DNA of 63,387 bases, counting the filler, from Asterionella formosa (taxonomy: Eukaryota), in the NCBI GenBank assembly GCA_002256025.1. It is 3 parts of 3 records of this genome, joined end to end, with 100 filler letters (N's around TTAATTAATTAA, not from the genome) between each part and the next. Parts side by side here need not be neighbours in the genome. Positions count along the whole stretch, not along the records: positions 30,748 to 61,366 come from NKIB01000844.1; 2 more parts are not named here. One strand, given 5' to 3'. Under the pieces are notes generated by a model. That model was not told where the DNA came from. It saw nothing but the letters and a program-made list of their open reading frames with translations, and searched no databases. Below, piece after piece: positions 37,190 to 48,039 of the stretch. The stretch's first letter is position 1; every line of letters begins with the position of its first letter. The position numbers and the translations under genes were made by a program.

Positions 37190-37990
37190 TATAGAGCCTC
37201 GACTATTGTGGAGTTCGTTGGGTTGTACTGTGGCCCAGAGCGCCAGGTTTGTAGATGTAGGACATTGAAGCCGGGTAAGCAGCCCATGCGGCTCTTCGAG
37301 GATGGAGGAGAAATTTTAGAGTATAAATAGGGTGAGTCAGGCAAGGAGCCCAAGTGACTCTTCGAGTATGGTGGATATAAGTGAGATAGTATCTGGCAAT
37401 GAGTGAGGGAGAAATTAACTATAGCAAGTAGGTGATAGAATGAACAACAGAAGCTGACAAACAGCTTTGAAGCAGGGTTTGAGAAAACTTGAGTAGATAT
37501 TTGATGCGTGGTGTCAGAAGGAAGAGAGAGAGAGAAAGATTGAAGAATAGCATGGAAGCTGTGGATGGTAAATTGATAAAAAGGTATCAAAATTCAGATA
37601 AATAAAATGCAGCAGTCAAAATGGATTGAAAGCGAAAGGAATTCTTGAAGCTTGTGCAAGGCAGTATGCTTTTTGGGTAATAAAAAGGATAGAAGAAATG
37701 CAGGGATGGACATATATTATTGCTTGAAGAGCGAGAGGTCTTGATAGTGCTGGCATCGACTCGTTCTGAGGTGTAATCGACTGAAATTGGAGTAGGGACA
37801 GACTTACTAGACAATAAGTAAATTTGAAGTGCTTGATGGAATGATGGTCTAACAGAGCAAATTGAGCGTGAATAAAGTGGAGGAGGAGTAAGCGAAGGGA
37901 GCGGGATTGTCTAAAGATGACATGGTGAATGAGGAGGGTGTCAGCAGCAGCGCTACAGACTGCCAACGTAGGCTTAGTACTAGAAAATTA
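37190..37990 (-). mobile_element. Possible decayed 3' fragment of a non-LTR retrotransposon
   Basis: Strong purine skew on + strand unlike the flanks; broken ORFs; no diagnostic catalytic motif seen. Confidence 0.25.
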
Positions 37991-38767
37991 AAGAGAGTGG
38001 GGATAGCAACCCAGAAAGTTCAATGGTGCAATGTTGAAACTGTTGTATTCATCATAAACTATATTCTGCATACATACAACTTATGGAAGGTATGATGAAA
38101 GACGGTTAGGGCAGGTCTTAGGGTTATTTTTATCATTTTTCATCATGTATCAATTAATTTGAAAATTTTTGAAAATGAATCAGCAAGGTAATTTCAATTT
38201 GAACTGAATTTCGTCCATTCCAAACATGACACCGCATCAATAATTTGCATCACAGTGTATCATGGTGTAACATGGATCGTTAGTGGTGACAGGCCAGTGA
38301 CAAACATCTAAATACATCTGCGCAGTAAGATGCATACTATGCATAGCCTAAATAAATGGTATTGAATAACAAATATATCATGTGAAAGAGCCTGCATATA
38401 TATTCTAGTACCAGTACTGGTGGGAGACTCATCAACACATTGATCATGTTGATAATCGACCAATTCTCTATCAAAATGGCAAAAAGTTGCTGCGCCTTTG
38501 AGGTCTAATATATCATTGTGTGAACGATGCAATAGAAAAAGGAATATAGATATATCTTTAAAATTGTCTAAGAAATTACGAATCTACAATGTATAAGAAT
38601 ATTCATCAATTTATAGGAATGCAAATAGAACTATTGATTTGTTCCAGCCACGGCCGACTAAAGCTATGACCACTAATTTGCCTACAACAATAATATCATG
38701 TGACAAACGGGCTTACAAAAGTGGTGTGAGGCTAGATTTTGAATTATAGACGCCATTAGATCAATTG

Positions 38768-39115
38768 ATGGAGGGATGTGAGAGTCACATCATCTTCTGT
38801 GAATGCTGTGATTTTTGTTGCCGTGAATGTCAGTTCCAATGGTATGAAGTTGAAAAGTTGGTGGAAAAAAACTTGGAAGGTGAATCCATTCATAGCAGAT
38901 TGAAGGATTAGACATTACGGCATCAAGAGTCCGCAGTCATCTTTAAAAAAATTTTAATCAGAGTTTTCTGTGGATCATTGGGAAAAGGTGTTCGGATGGA
39001 ACATCCTGACTGTTGTTTGAAGGGGGTTTGATCCCTATTGAAAAACAAGGACCCAAACGAAGTCTACCCTGGCTTCAAACCTGATTCTAAACACTCTAAA
39101 TCTAGCAGTGATTGA
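38768..39115 (+). pseudogene. KolX / P2X7-ballast-like small Cys-rich protein relic
   Basis: Manual translation: Cys-rich N-terminus (FCECCDFCCRECQ) then GSLGKGVRMEHPDCCLKGV*SLLKNKDPNEVYPGFKP, matching the G-x-LG-x-G-x-R-x3-P-x-C...Y-x-GF pattern; in-frame stops. Confidence 0.55.
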
Positions 39116-40659
39116 GTTATTTTACTAATTTCATTCATTTCAATAGTATTTTTTCTTCAATGCAGCTGCATATGTCGTTTCAAATTCTTTTAGAAGTTAG
39201 GTGGCATGTATTCGGCTATATTTCTTTTCTAAATGTTGTCCTATATCTAGTTTAATAGTTTAAACACATCAAGCTCACTCTTCAGGTATACCCACTAAGC
39301 AGGAAATCGAAACAAGAATTCTGCACCTCCTCAGGATAAAAACCCACAACAGACCAACAGGGAAACAAATAGACCAGAACGCAATCTGGAAATCCAGGAA
39401 CGAGGAACTTCACATGGAAAAACACGCAGACATTACCCACTTGGCACAAAATGGAAGAATTAGATGGACATACATGCTCCAAAGCGAAATATGAAACCGA
39501 AACAAACATATCTTTGGCACAGAACTGGAAATTCTCTTGAAATCGCGAATGAGCAAAAAGCGCCGGTTCTTGGAAAGAGCAGACTTCATTCTCGCTGTAT
39601 CGCGAAAATTTGCGGCGACTGGCCAAACAACACTATGAACATTTTTCAACACGACAACAAAACCCTTGCGGGTGAGCCACTATATCATGCCATAGGAACA
39701 CGCACAACTCAACTAGAGCATTCAGGTCACAGACCCGTCTATACACCCGGCGGTATCTACACACCAGGAACGGATCATAGAAAACACAATTTGTCATAGA
39801 AAAGGGAGTGACAACCAAAACACACCATCCACCACCCCAATCTGTCTGGGCCATGGAGCGCATTGAATACAATGCTGTAGCTAGGCTAGTACTAATGCGA
39901 TGTAAAAATTATTGAAGTATAGTTTAACACTTCAATAGTAACAACAAACAATATAGACAACAGCTTCAATATGCCGCGCTCTAGTGGTGGCTGTCTTGTT
40001 TTCGAAATTTGAACTGGTGGACATGGCTGGAGGAGGTCAAAATGTAATTGGCAATGAAAATCATAATTGGTGGTTCATCAACATCCTCTCCCCCTCCCCC
40101 CACCACAATCAAAGCGACTAAACAACATCACAAACAACAACCATCTGAGCAGCAGCCAGAACAGGAACCACTTTATCGATTGTGTTTCAATTTTGAATAA
40201 AGATGTGATTTGCAAGAGTTGGATGAATGCATATGTCGAAGAATATTGTGAACAAACAGAACAAGACTTTGTAACTTACCTTCATAGCAATAGGGACTTT
40301 CACATTGGTCCCCTACACTTTTTGCACAAAAGTGTCCGAAAATACACAATGAATTAGTCTGGGGAATTCGTGATTACATTTTTTGACTAAATATGTAGCA
40401 AATCAATAATAATTTCTATCACTGATAGAAAATTTCTCTATCTTAACTTTAAATGACTCTTTTTGCTTACTAAAATGAAAATCGAAAAATATATATAATT
40501 TTTTCATTATCATCGAAATCATCAGTAAATCGGGGTGGGTTTCATGACATAGTACTGGTACTTGCTGCGTTATAATGTCATACCTAAATGCTGTTACCCG
40601 GTGCAGTAATGCCGGTATGCTTAGACAATGCTCATGACATGCAACATTGAAAGTTTTTA

Positions 40660-40965
40660 AAAAGTCGACAAAGGATGCCTTCCACTGCAGGTTCCTGAAC
40701 CTAGATTTCTTTCTGATCTATCTCACAGGATCCGCCCGCGTCCTTTTACGCCCTGTTTTCTGAAATCCTAAGGCCCAGTCTCTCTCGAATGACCCTCCAA
40801 GGCTGATTGCTTCCGATTGAAATTTATTATGGCGCTTGGATTTAAAAAACCGAACCTCTCTTTGACCGAATTCACTGAGTCCTCCCAAGCACCTATCAAC
40901 CACTTATTTGGTTGCCACGATAACTGCTGCTCTGAGACATGGCGGTGTCCTGTAAAGGCTGGAAA
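40660..40965 (+). pseudogene. Second 'Mutator-like' transposase fragment, paralogous to 29380-29670
   Basis: DKGCLPLQVPEPRFLSDLSHR..ADCFRLKF..QAPINHLFGCHDNCCSETW aligns by eye with NHGCLPIHVKEPVFLSDPSH..QDCLRLKF..MAPTHHLFDSHKHCNPEW. Confidence 0.7.
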
Positions 40966-41644
40966 AAGTGTTAATTACATGAGTTGCAATAATGATAACT
41001 GCTGTTGATCCCTCCTCCCAAAAGTCGATTTTGTTGTTGCTGTTAGAGATAAAAATGGTGTCTTTGTTGATTAAATTTAATATATAACATAAATTAAATT
41101 TATAAAATTAGTGTTGTTGCTTAATGCTGTTTTAGCAATACATGTGGATACACATTTCGAAGCAACAAAAAATGTGTTGCTGGAAGCAACATACAACCCT
41201 GCTGAGCAATGTGTGAGATTTTCTGGACCAAGCAACATTTTTTAATGTTTGTATCTCTGTGAAGACCTTTCCTTAAAAATAATGGGACGGAATTTACTTA
41301 AGAAATTTTGGAATGGAAAGCCAGCCTATCTCGTCCAGTAGGCATGGGATGAGTCATTGGGAGTGAGTCGAAACTGAATAAGTGCTCATAAAACATGTGC
41401 TACTGGGCCTTCCTGGTACTCATCATGATAACAAATACCAACCAGAATCTCTTCCTGCATTCATCGTTTTCATTTGTTCACACATGAAGCCCTTTTGAGA
41501 GATTCAGGTCAATTTTAGCAACTCAATTTTCATTTATTACAGTAGTCTAGATTAAATCGAGAAACAATGAGATGAGGGTTACATGGCGTGAGACCAGACG
41601 ACATCACTAGGGCTGATGCTTAGCCAGTAGCCTTTTATATCTAG

Positions 41645-42620
41645 TTATTCCTCGTCATCGATGTCTCTACCTTCTCGCCTCTCTTGCTCCTCGTATAGTT
41701 TGGTCAGGTCCATGCCCTTCATCGTTTCCATCAGTCTCTCCAAATCTTCCGTGCCTGCTGGAGCCGTTGTACCTCCATCTGGTGCCACGACGATTTCCGG
41801 CTTCAAGGGACGTCCATCGTCAGTTCTTAGCGTCCGAAAACCTTCTTCGCCTGGATCATACATCTCACCCTGAAAGCCAATCAACATTTTGTTAATTTCA
41901 TTGGCACCCTCCACGTTGCGATCCATTTTTTGAAAGATTGAATTCGGGTTGTTGTATACCACATCCATTTCAGAATCACCAGGAGCTGTCCAGACTTCGA
42001 GAAAACCTTTGTGTGGGTATAGCTCCAGGCGTCGTAGATTGGCAGCGTGTTCTTCGATTATTGGCCACTGCCGAGCGATTGCTTGATCCAAAGTTACATC
42101 TTAACAAGGCAAGTGAATCATTAGGAAACATGCGTCACCCCGCACTACTACCAAATGAGATCATTCCTCTTACCTGATACTCTAGCTACTTTTCCACAAA
42201 ACCAAAACACATTTGAATTGGGCTCTCGAAGGTAAACATCATTTGTCATGGCCGTTCCACCCGCCTCTCGAATGGCAACAAAATTTTGGTTTTGTCGAAC
42301 GACATTTCGAGGAATGTATCGCATGTCAGTTGGAATACTTAAATCCTTAAATCGATTCCATATGGTTTTAGTGAGAGACGAAGTAGCATTTCACGAACAA
42401 CTGCAAGAAACATTGTGTATATAGCTTGACTTACCGGTTCTTCATCATCATCGTCCACAAGATCATCCCACTTCGACGACTGTGTAGCGCCAGTAGCTTT
42501 CTGGTGGGAAAGTCGAGCAACATACGAAATCGGCAACACTGAGAATGCTACGGCTACGCCCATTAGACAGAAAATTGTCACAGAAAGCATGAGAAAAGGG
42601 CACTGTTTTTGACGATTCAT
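41645..42620 (-). CDS. Hypothetical protein, probably plastid-targeted; 3 exons (introns 42346-42434 and 42100-42173)
   Basis: Signal peptide ending VAVA-FSV; GT-AG introns restore one frame (..DEEP|DLSIPTDMRYIPRN..FWFCGKVARVS|DVTLDQAIARQWPIIEEHA..). Confidence 0.85.
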
Positions 42621-43042
42621 TTTGGTCAAGGACTTTTTATAAAGATGTTGTTGTTGATGATGTTGATGATGGGAAGAAATAATCACGAGGGGGAGGGATT
42701 TGGTTTTTTGTATTCTTTTGCTGGCTAAAAGAACATATTTTCTTAGCTCTATCATGAATTAAACCTAGCTACGGTATGTGGTTGGGTACCAGGTACCGTA
42801 CCTGGTACCAGGTTCCCAGCCACAGAAATAAATGATATGGCATACCGGCACTTGTACCTGGGTACCAGGTACCAGGCACTGGTAACGGTATTCATTTCTT
42901 AATGATGTTTGAACATGATACCGGTTTGTATAAGATGACATCCAATGCTGAATTCATCAATCTACGATCCATGCATGCATACCGGTGCCTGTATGCATAA
43001 CTTTGCTCTTTAGATTAGGACGATAGCAAAATCTTGACGGAA

Positions 43043-44317
43043 ATGAAGAAATGGAGAATTCGGAAAGATATCATTGGTGTCATCGTCGCAGCAAACCTGA
43101 CCATGTCATTGGGCGAACGAGCATACCCGCTTGGTTGCTCGCAGCGTGATCCATCTTACTACAACTACGACGATTTCATATTCCCGCCTTCTGAAAGCAT
43201 CGTAAGATCCTCTGATTCTTATCTGCTACTTCGGAGACTGGGCTCTGGCAAATTCAGCGATGTATTTGAAGCCGTTGACGTGGATATGGAGAGGAAGCTT
43301 CCCACGACGCAGCTCAACCATCAGGTTGACCCGAGAGCGCTGGTGGTTCTCAAGTGCTTAAAACCAGTTTCGGAACGCAAGATAAAACGAGAGATTCTAG
43401 TATTGACGCACTGCTCCGACTTGCCAAATCTAGCAAGATTGCTTGGACTTGTTGTTCCATACTCGGATCCTTTAAAATCAAACAAATCCATCCCGGCCAT
43501 GCCTTCCTTGGTACTTGAACATGCTGGAGTGAAGTCGCAGTGGCTTTGTCATGGTTCTGCAGTGGATCGAAAAAACAAGGATGAACAAACGTCTTCGCCC
43601 TATTTGTCAGAGTATGAAATACAGTATTACCTTTGCCATTTGTTAGTGGCACTAGATGCACTCCACTCTTGTGGTATTATGCACCGTGATGTAAAACCAC
43701 GGAATGTGCTCATTAATCGACGCAATCTACAGCACCCTCAGGATTTGGGCGAGCCATCCCCACTCATGTTGATTGACTTGGGGTTGGCGGATTTCTTTCT
43801 TCCGAATACACGCTACAATGTCAGAGTCGCATCAAGACATTATAAATCTCCTGAATTACTAATCGGATTGGAGTATTATGATTATTCCATTGACATGTGG
43901 GGTGTAGGCTGTATCCTGGCTGGTTTGCTGCTGAGGAAGGAACCTTTTTTTCGGGGTATGGATAACTTGGAGCAGCTGGGAAAGATTATAGGGGTTTTGG
44001 GCACTTCTGACCTGTTAAGTTACATGACCAAATACAAGGTGCAACTCACACCTGAGTTGCGTAAAGTGATGGCGAAATATATTGTTCGTGGAGGGAAAAA
44101 ACAATCTTGGGTGTCCTTGGTACAAGAAAGTTGTCCTATGCCAAGTAAGCTTGGATTGGATCTGTTGGATCAGCTGCTTGTGTACAACCCTGACGAACGG
44201 CTTACGGCTAAGCAAGCATTAGAACATCCATTCTTTGAGCCTGTTCGGGAACGAGTCAAGGGAGAAGTTCGACAGAGAGCGATAGCGAAAAAAGCAAGGA
44301 TACAATCGTATGATTAG
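43043..44317 (+). CDS. Casein kinase II alpha-like Ser/Thr kinase (divergent)
   Basis: LGSGKFSDVFEA, LKPVSERKIKREI, IMHRDVKPRNVL, IDLGLADF, YNVRVASRHYKSPELL, YDYSIDMWGVGC, KEPFFRG.DN.EQL. Confidence 0.92.
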   Translation: MKKWRIRKDIIGVIVAANLTMSLGERAYPLGCSQRDPSYYNYDDFIFPPSESIVRSSDSYLLLRRLGSGKFSDVFEAVDVDMERKLPTTQLNHQVDPRALVVLKCLKPVSERKIKREILVLTHCSDLPNLARLLGLVVPYSDPLKSNKSIPAMPSLVLEHAGVKSQWLCHGSAVDRKNKDEQTSSPYLSEYEIQYYLCHLLVALDALHSCGIMHRDVKPRNVLINRRNLQHPQDLGEPSPLMLIDLGLADFFLPNTRYNVRVASRHYKSPELLIGLEYYDYSIDMWGVGCILAGLLLRKEPFFRGMDNLEQLGKIIGVLGTSDLLSYMTKYKVQLTPELRKVMAKYIVRGGKKQSWVSLVQESCPMPSKLGLDLLDQLLVYNPDERLTAKQALEHPFFEPVRERVKGEVRQRAIAKKARIQSYD

Positions 44318-44734
44318 ATTTGAACTACAATAAATGAGGGTTTGATTGAAATGATGTCACGCTATATGATCCCATCGTTGTTAGTATTAAATTTGTGGTC
44401 TTGATCGTCTTCACTGCAAAACTGGAAAGGCTTTTGTAAATTTTGTGATCTGCAGTTGCAACTCTATAGCATTGGCAGAAAGGAATGATATCGATGCATT
44501 TCGACTGATACGTAATTCCGACGTGTTAAAGGCCTAGCTTCACAAATTGATTGTCTGTATCTACCTAAATACCGGTAGGCTAAAGCAGCGTAGTCTACCT
44601 GCAAGTTGTGGTCATTTTGCTTAAATAAACAATTTAATATAGGATAAAGATAGCTAAACCTTTAGTTTCAGCACAATTACCGCAACTTGCTGCTGTCATC
44701 TTTAACGGGATCAGAAGAAATTGTTTGGTGAGTT

Positions 44735-46348
44735 CTACATCATTAGTATCTTTTCGAACGATAACTTGCAGTCACAATAATCGTCCAAATAGTCATCCAC
44801 GAATCCTATGTTTGCGAATGGGACCTCGTGTCTTTCAGCGGCACATATCCATGCTTCCTTCACAACCCTTTGCTTCACCATTTCGTCGCCGTCACTTCGT
44901 GGCTCAAGACCAGGAAATCGATTCACTTCTATTAGCTGTGGTCGAAAGTTTCCGTCCACAAGAAAGTCCAGACCTAGAATCTTGGGGATGCCAAGTTTCC
45001 CTAGTTTGGATCGATACTCCCGTTTGGGTTGTTTTGTTGCAAAATCGTTGTAGCAGGTCATCAAAGTCTTGATTGATTGTCGGATTTCATTCCAAAATGA
45101 CTCGTAGGGCCAGTCATTCTTCTCAAAGATTGATTGAAGGTATTTTAAGTCTCGCTGGCGCATGTTATTCTCCCGCCCTGAATTTGTCATATACATTCTT
45201 TCATCACTAGACCCTTCGTCAAATGGCATAGACGCTAGCTTGACAAGACCCAAGCTCGACAAATAAGAGGTCGGTGAAGCATTCTCGTCAAGGAAAAAAT
45301 ACACATATACGCGAATGGAAAACTTGCGTCCGTCAATGAGAAGAGTAGGGTTCACTATGCGTTGACATAGGACATCTTCGGAATAAGAGTTACAAAGAAT
45401 GTCATTTCCACTCACAATACGATTACCGTGAGAACCGTAAGCAGCTCTTTCCTTTACAATCCATTTCTTTGTGACTCGATCGGCGTGAGACTCTTGAAAA
45501 GTTGACATTTCTCTGGAAAGAACGTAGCCTTGAGGCCAAAACGAAGTAGCCAAGGGTGACCTTGACAGGAGCTCATGAAGATGCACCTTATCGTCAAGAT
45601 GCAACAAAAAGGGGTCGTCGAATGCACATTGGTTAAGAGCAGCAAATTCCAGAACATGGTAAGGTCGATGAGCAGCGACATCGTTTGTCGCCAAGAAATG
45701 AACCCAAGAGTACAACGGCGAGAGCGATCGGCCACTTTTCAACGCCCCTATGACAGCGTCGCTTTCTCCGTTGAGAAAGAGTAAGCATCCAAGCATATCC
45801 GCCGCTTCACTTTCGGTCCCATATTCCTGGCAGTGCGATGTGAGGGAATCAATGGCATCATTCATGTCCAGCAAACGAAGGGAACATGTGGCAGCCCCAA
45901 TACAGGCTTTCTCAGTTGGAATTTCTCTGTACTGTTCTCGAGCTTGTTGGTAGCGCATCAGACGCTGCAGAGCATACGCATTACCAAGCTGCACATCTTG
46001 CAGCGTCAGGTGGTCGAGAAAGTTCCTGAAGTTTAGGCAGGCCGAATAAGAACTAAGGGAGTCTAAGTCACGCCCCACCCTCGTTAGAGAAGACGCTTGA
46101 AATGCGAGGCAAAGCGATCTAATCCTCGGTGGGAGTTCTTGAGAGAGGATATCATTCCACTGGTCGCAAGCCAAGTAGGCCATTGTAATGTTAGCTTTTG
46201 AGTCGTTCGACGAAACCATGGCCTTCTGAACTTTGCTTAGGATATCCGCTGATACAGTTTTCCCACCATTCTGAATCGAAAGCCCTGCGACCAGGAAGAT
46301 GAGACAATGTATTGTCACAGCCGCCGTGATTATGGTCTTGACTTTCAT
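44735..46348 (-). CDS. Tubulin-tyrosine-ligase-like ATP-grasp protein with N-terminal signal peptide and helical (TPR-like) region
   Basis: WIVKE...GSHGN, LCQRIV.PTLLIDGRKFSIRVYV, MYMTN, ILGLDFLVD..PQLIEVNRFP (ExN); hydrophobic leader. Confidence 0.85.
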   Translation of the reverse strand: MKVKTIITAAVTIHCLIFLVAGLSIQNGGKTVSADILSKVQKAMVSSNDSKANITMAYLACDQWNDILSQELPPRIRSLCLAFQASSLTRVGRDLDSLSSYSACLNFRNFLDHLTLQDVQLGNAYALQRLMRYQQAREQYREIPTEKACIGAATCSLRLLDMNDAIDSLTSHCQEYGTESEAADMLGCLLFLNGESDAVIGALKSGRSLSPLYSWVHFLATNDVAAHRPYHVLEFAALNQCAFDDPFLLHLDDKVHLHELLSRSPLATSFWPQGYVLSREMSTFQESHADRVTKKWIVKERAAYGSHGNRIVSGNDILCNSYSEDVLCQRIVNPTLLIDGRKFSIRVYVYFFLDENASPTSYLSSLGLVKLASMPFDEGSSDERMYMTNSGRENNMRQRDLKYLQSIFEKNDWPYESFWNEIRQSIKTLMTCYNDFATKQPKREYRSKLGKLGIPKILGLDFLVDGNFRPQLIEVNRFPGLEPRSDGDEMVKQRVVKEAWICAAERHEVPFANIGFVDDYLDDYCDCKLSFEKILMM

Positions 46349-46693
46349 TTTACCTCGTAGCGACAATTGAGTCAGCGTCAACAAGATTAGAAGCTGATGA
46401 TGGCGGTGGGGTCAGAGGGATATGACTTTCATCTGCTGCTTGCTTAATGCTCCCTCTGTTCCGGTGTAGTTGCAACCAAACGTTGGGTTTCACTATTTCT
46501 CATTGACACTCTATGTACCGGTATAGTAATAGCTGATATTATATGCAGGTCAGTATTACTCTGGCCGAAGAAAATCAATAGCCCTAAAGAACGATCCCCA
46601 CGTATCACTATTCGGAATTAGACTCGCTCATAACACTACCAGTTAATCCAACCGATGTAGGCGTCGCCTGCATCGTCTCGGTTAGGAAATGAA

Positions 46694-46895
46694 AATTGCT
46701 TAAGGCAATACACGCCCGAGGTGGTCTCTTGCCTGCGAGTATACATGTGTTCGAGGCTGAGTGGCGCGAGTAGGTTGACCGTACGAGTGGCGCCCCGGCG
46801 CTGCGAGAAGGTCACCCTACGAGTGCCATCCCAGCCAAGTACACATGTATACGAGAAGGCAAGTAGCCGCCGAGAAGGGTATTGTTGAGGCAATT
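46694..46895 (+). other. Long imperfect rod-like hairpin (structured ssDNA or ncRNA candidate)
   Basis: Arms pair in near-constant register around 46795/46796, e.g. gtatacatgtgt(46739-50)/acacatgtatac(46841-52), cttgcct/aggcaag, ggcaatac/gtattgtt, aattgc/gcaatt. Confidence 0.9.
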
Positions 46896-48037
46896 CCAGC
46901 TCAACCTATCGTCGCGTCATTCGCTTACCTCCTGCCCACAAATAAAGCATAAATGTCAATTTTAGCTTACTATTGCCCATCATATAAAATATATTTGGTT
47001 TATTTCCTATCTTCACATCGAAAATTGCAATAAGTCCGATATTGCCCATCATTAAAATGTGTATTGTATATTTCCTTTCTTCGCATTTTGGCAAGACAAC
47101 AGACGCCAATTGCCCCTCGGTTTTATAGCCCTGGGATTGCCGAAATCGGCAAGGGGTCTACTTAAGGAAACCATTTTATATACTATATATCTACATAAGA
47201 ACCAATGCATTTATCAATGACTACTCATTGAAGATGTGGTATTATGCCGTTGTTGATCGTATTTGTTGATTTGTATAGTCGTTGACAATGATGTCAGTAT
47301 TGCCGCCAAGCAATGCTTTTCTTGTACTAACGCGCTTTGCTACATTTCTACTACGAGTTCGTATCAGAAGCTATGTATATTCAGGTAGAGGGAGTCGATA
47401 GTGCCGAAGCAGCCTGGCGATTATACTCAATCAGAATGGATTGGAATGGAATGATGATCAGGGTTGTTTGGTGGGAGGAATGAGGACTGTGGGCGGAGGG
47501 AATGCAACTTGTGTCAGGCTCCCACAGCGATGTGCATGGTTACAACAAGCAGATCGTCTATGCTACATAACGATGCAGGTCAAGATTGGGTTCAGCATTT
47601 TCCCTTCTTATTTCGGTCGTTGATTGTGTGGTGATGGAAATTCAATTGCCTGTGTAAGTACTACAATGTCACAATGCATACATCTCCATTGAAACTCTTA
47701 TTTTTTACTTCATTTCTAACCCAAAACAATTTTTTCTATTTCTCATTTGACGCTACTTATTACATCGCATTTCATACTTTGGTTGCTCCAAACATCATGT
47801 TCAATTTTCATTGATGTTGCATGTTACAATCATTCTCGTGTGTTTACGCTTGTTGTACCATCTCCATGCATATTACCGTTATTCTGGTTGTCATGCTAAA
47901 ATCGGCAATTTTATTGCCGAAAAATTCGATGTGCCTAATATTGCCCTTAAATAAAAATTACTTAGAGCCTAAAAATTACTTAGAAGTACCCGAATGGCAA
48001 GGCGATAGCTGGAGCGGGAATTGCTTCTACAGAGGGC
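46876..48037. mobile_element. Putative non-autonomous element bounded by imperfect ~50-bp inverted repeats, with attgccc subterminal motifs
   Basis: 46885-46930 vs reverse complement of ~47983-48030, roughly 70% identical by eye (gcaattcc.gctc.a.ctatcg...cattcg..tac.tc). Confidence 0.45.
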
Positions 48038-48039
48038 TT

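Noticed and set aside
39300..39900. A/C-rich broken ORFs resembling a LINE 3' end
   Set aside because: Plausible, but no diagnostic motif to support a feature call
46636..46893. 85-aa minus-strand ORF over the hairpin; SRP RNA identity for the hairpin
   Set aside because: The ORF has no recognisable motif and is expected in GC-rich DNA; the fold is unbranched and lacks the Alu domain and the helix 6/8 GNRA features of SRP RNA
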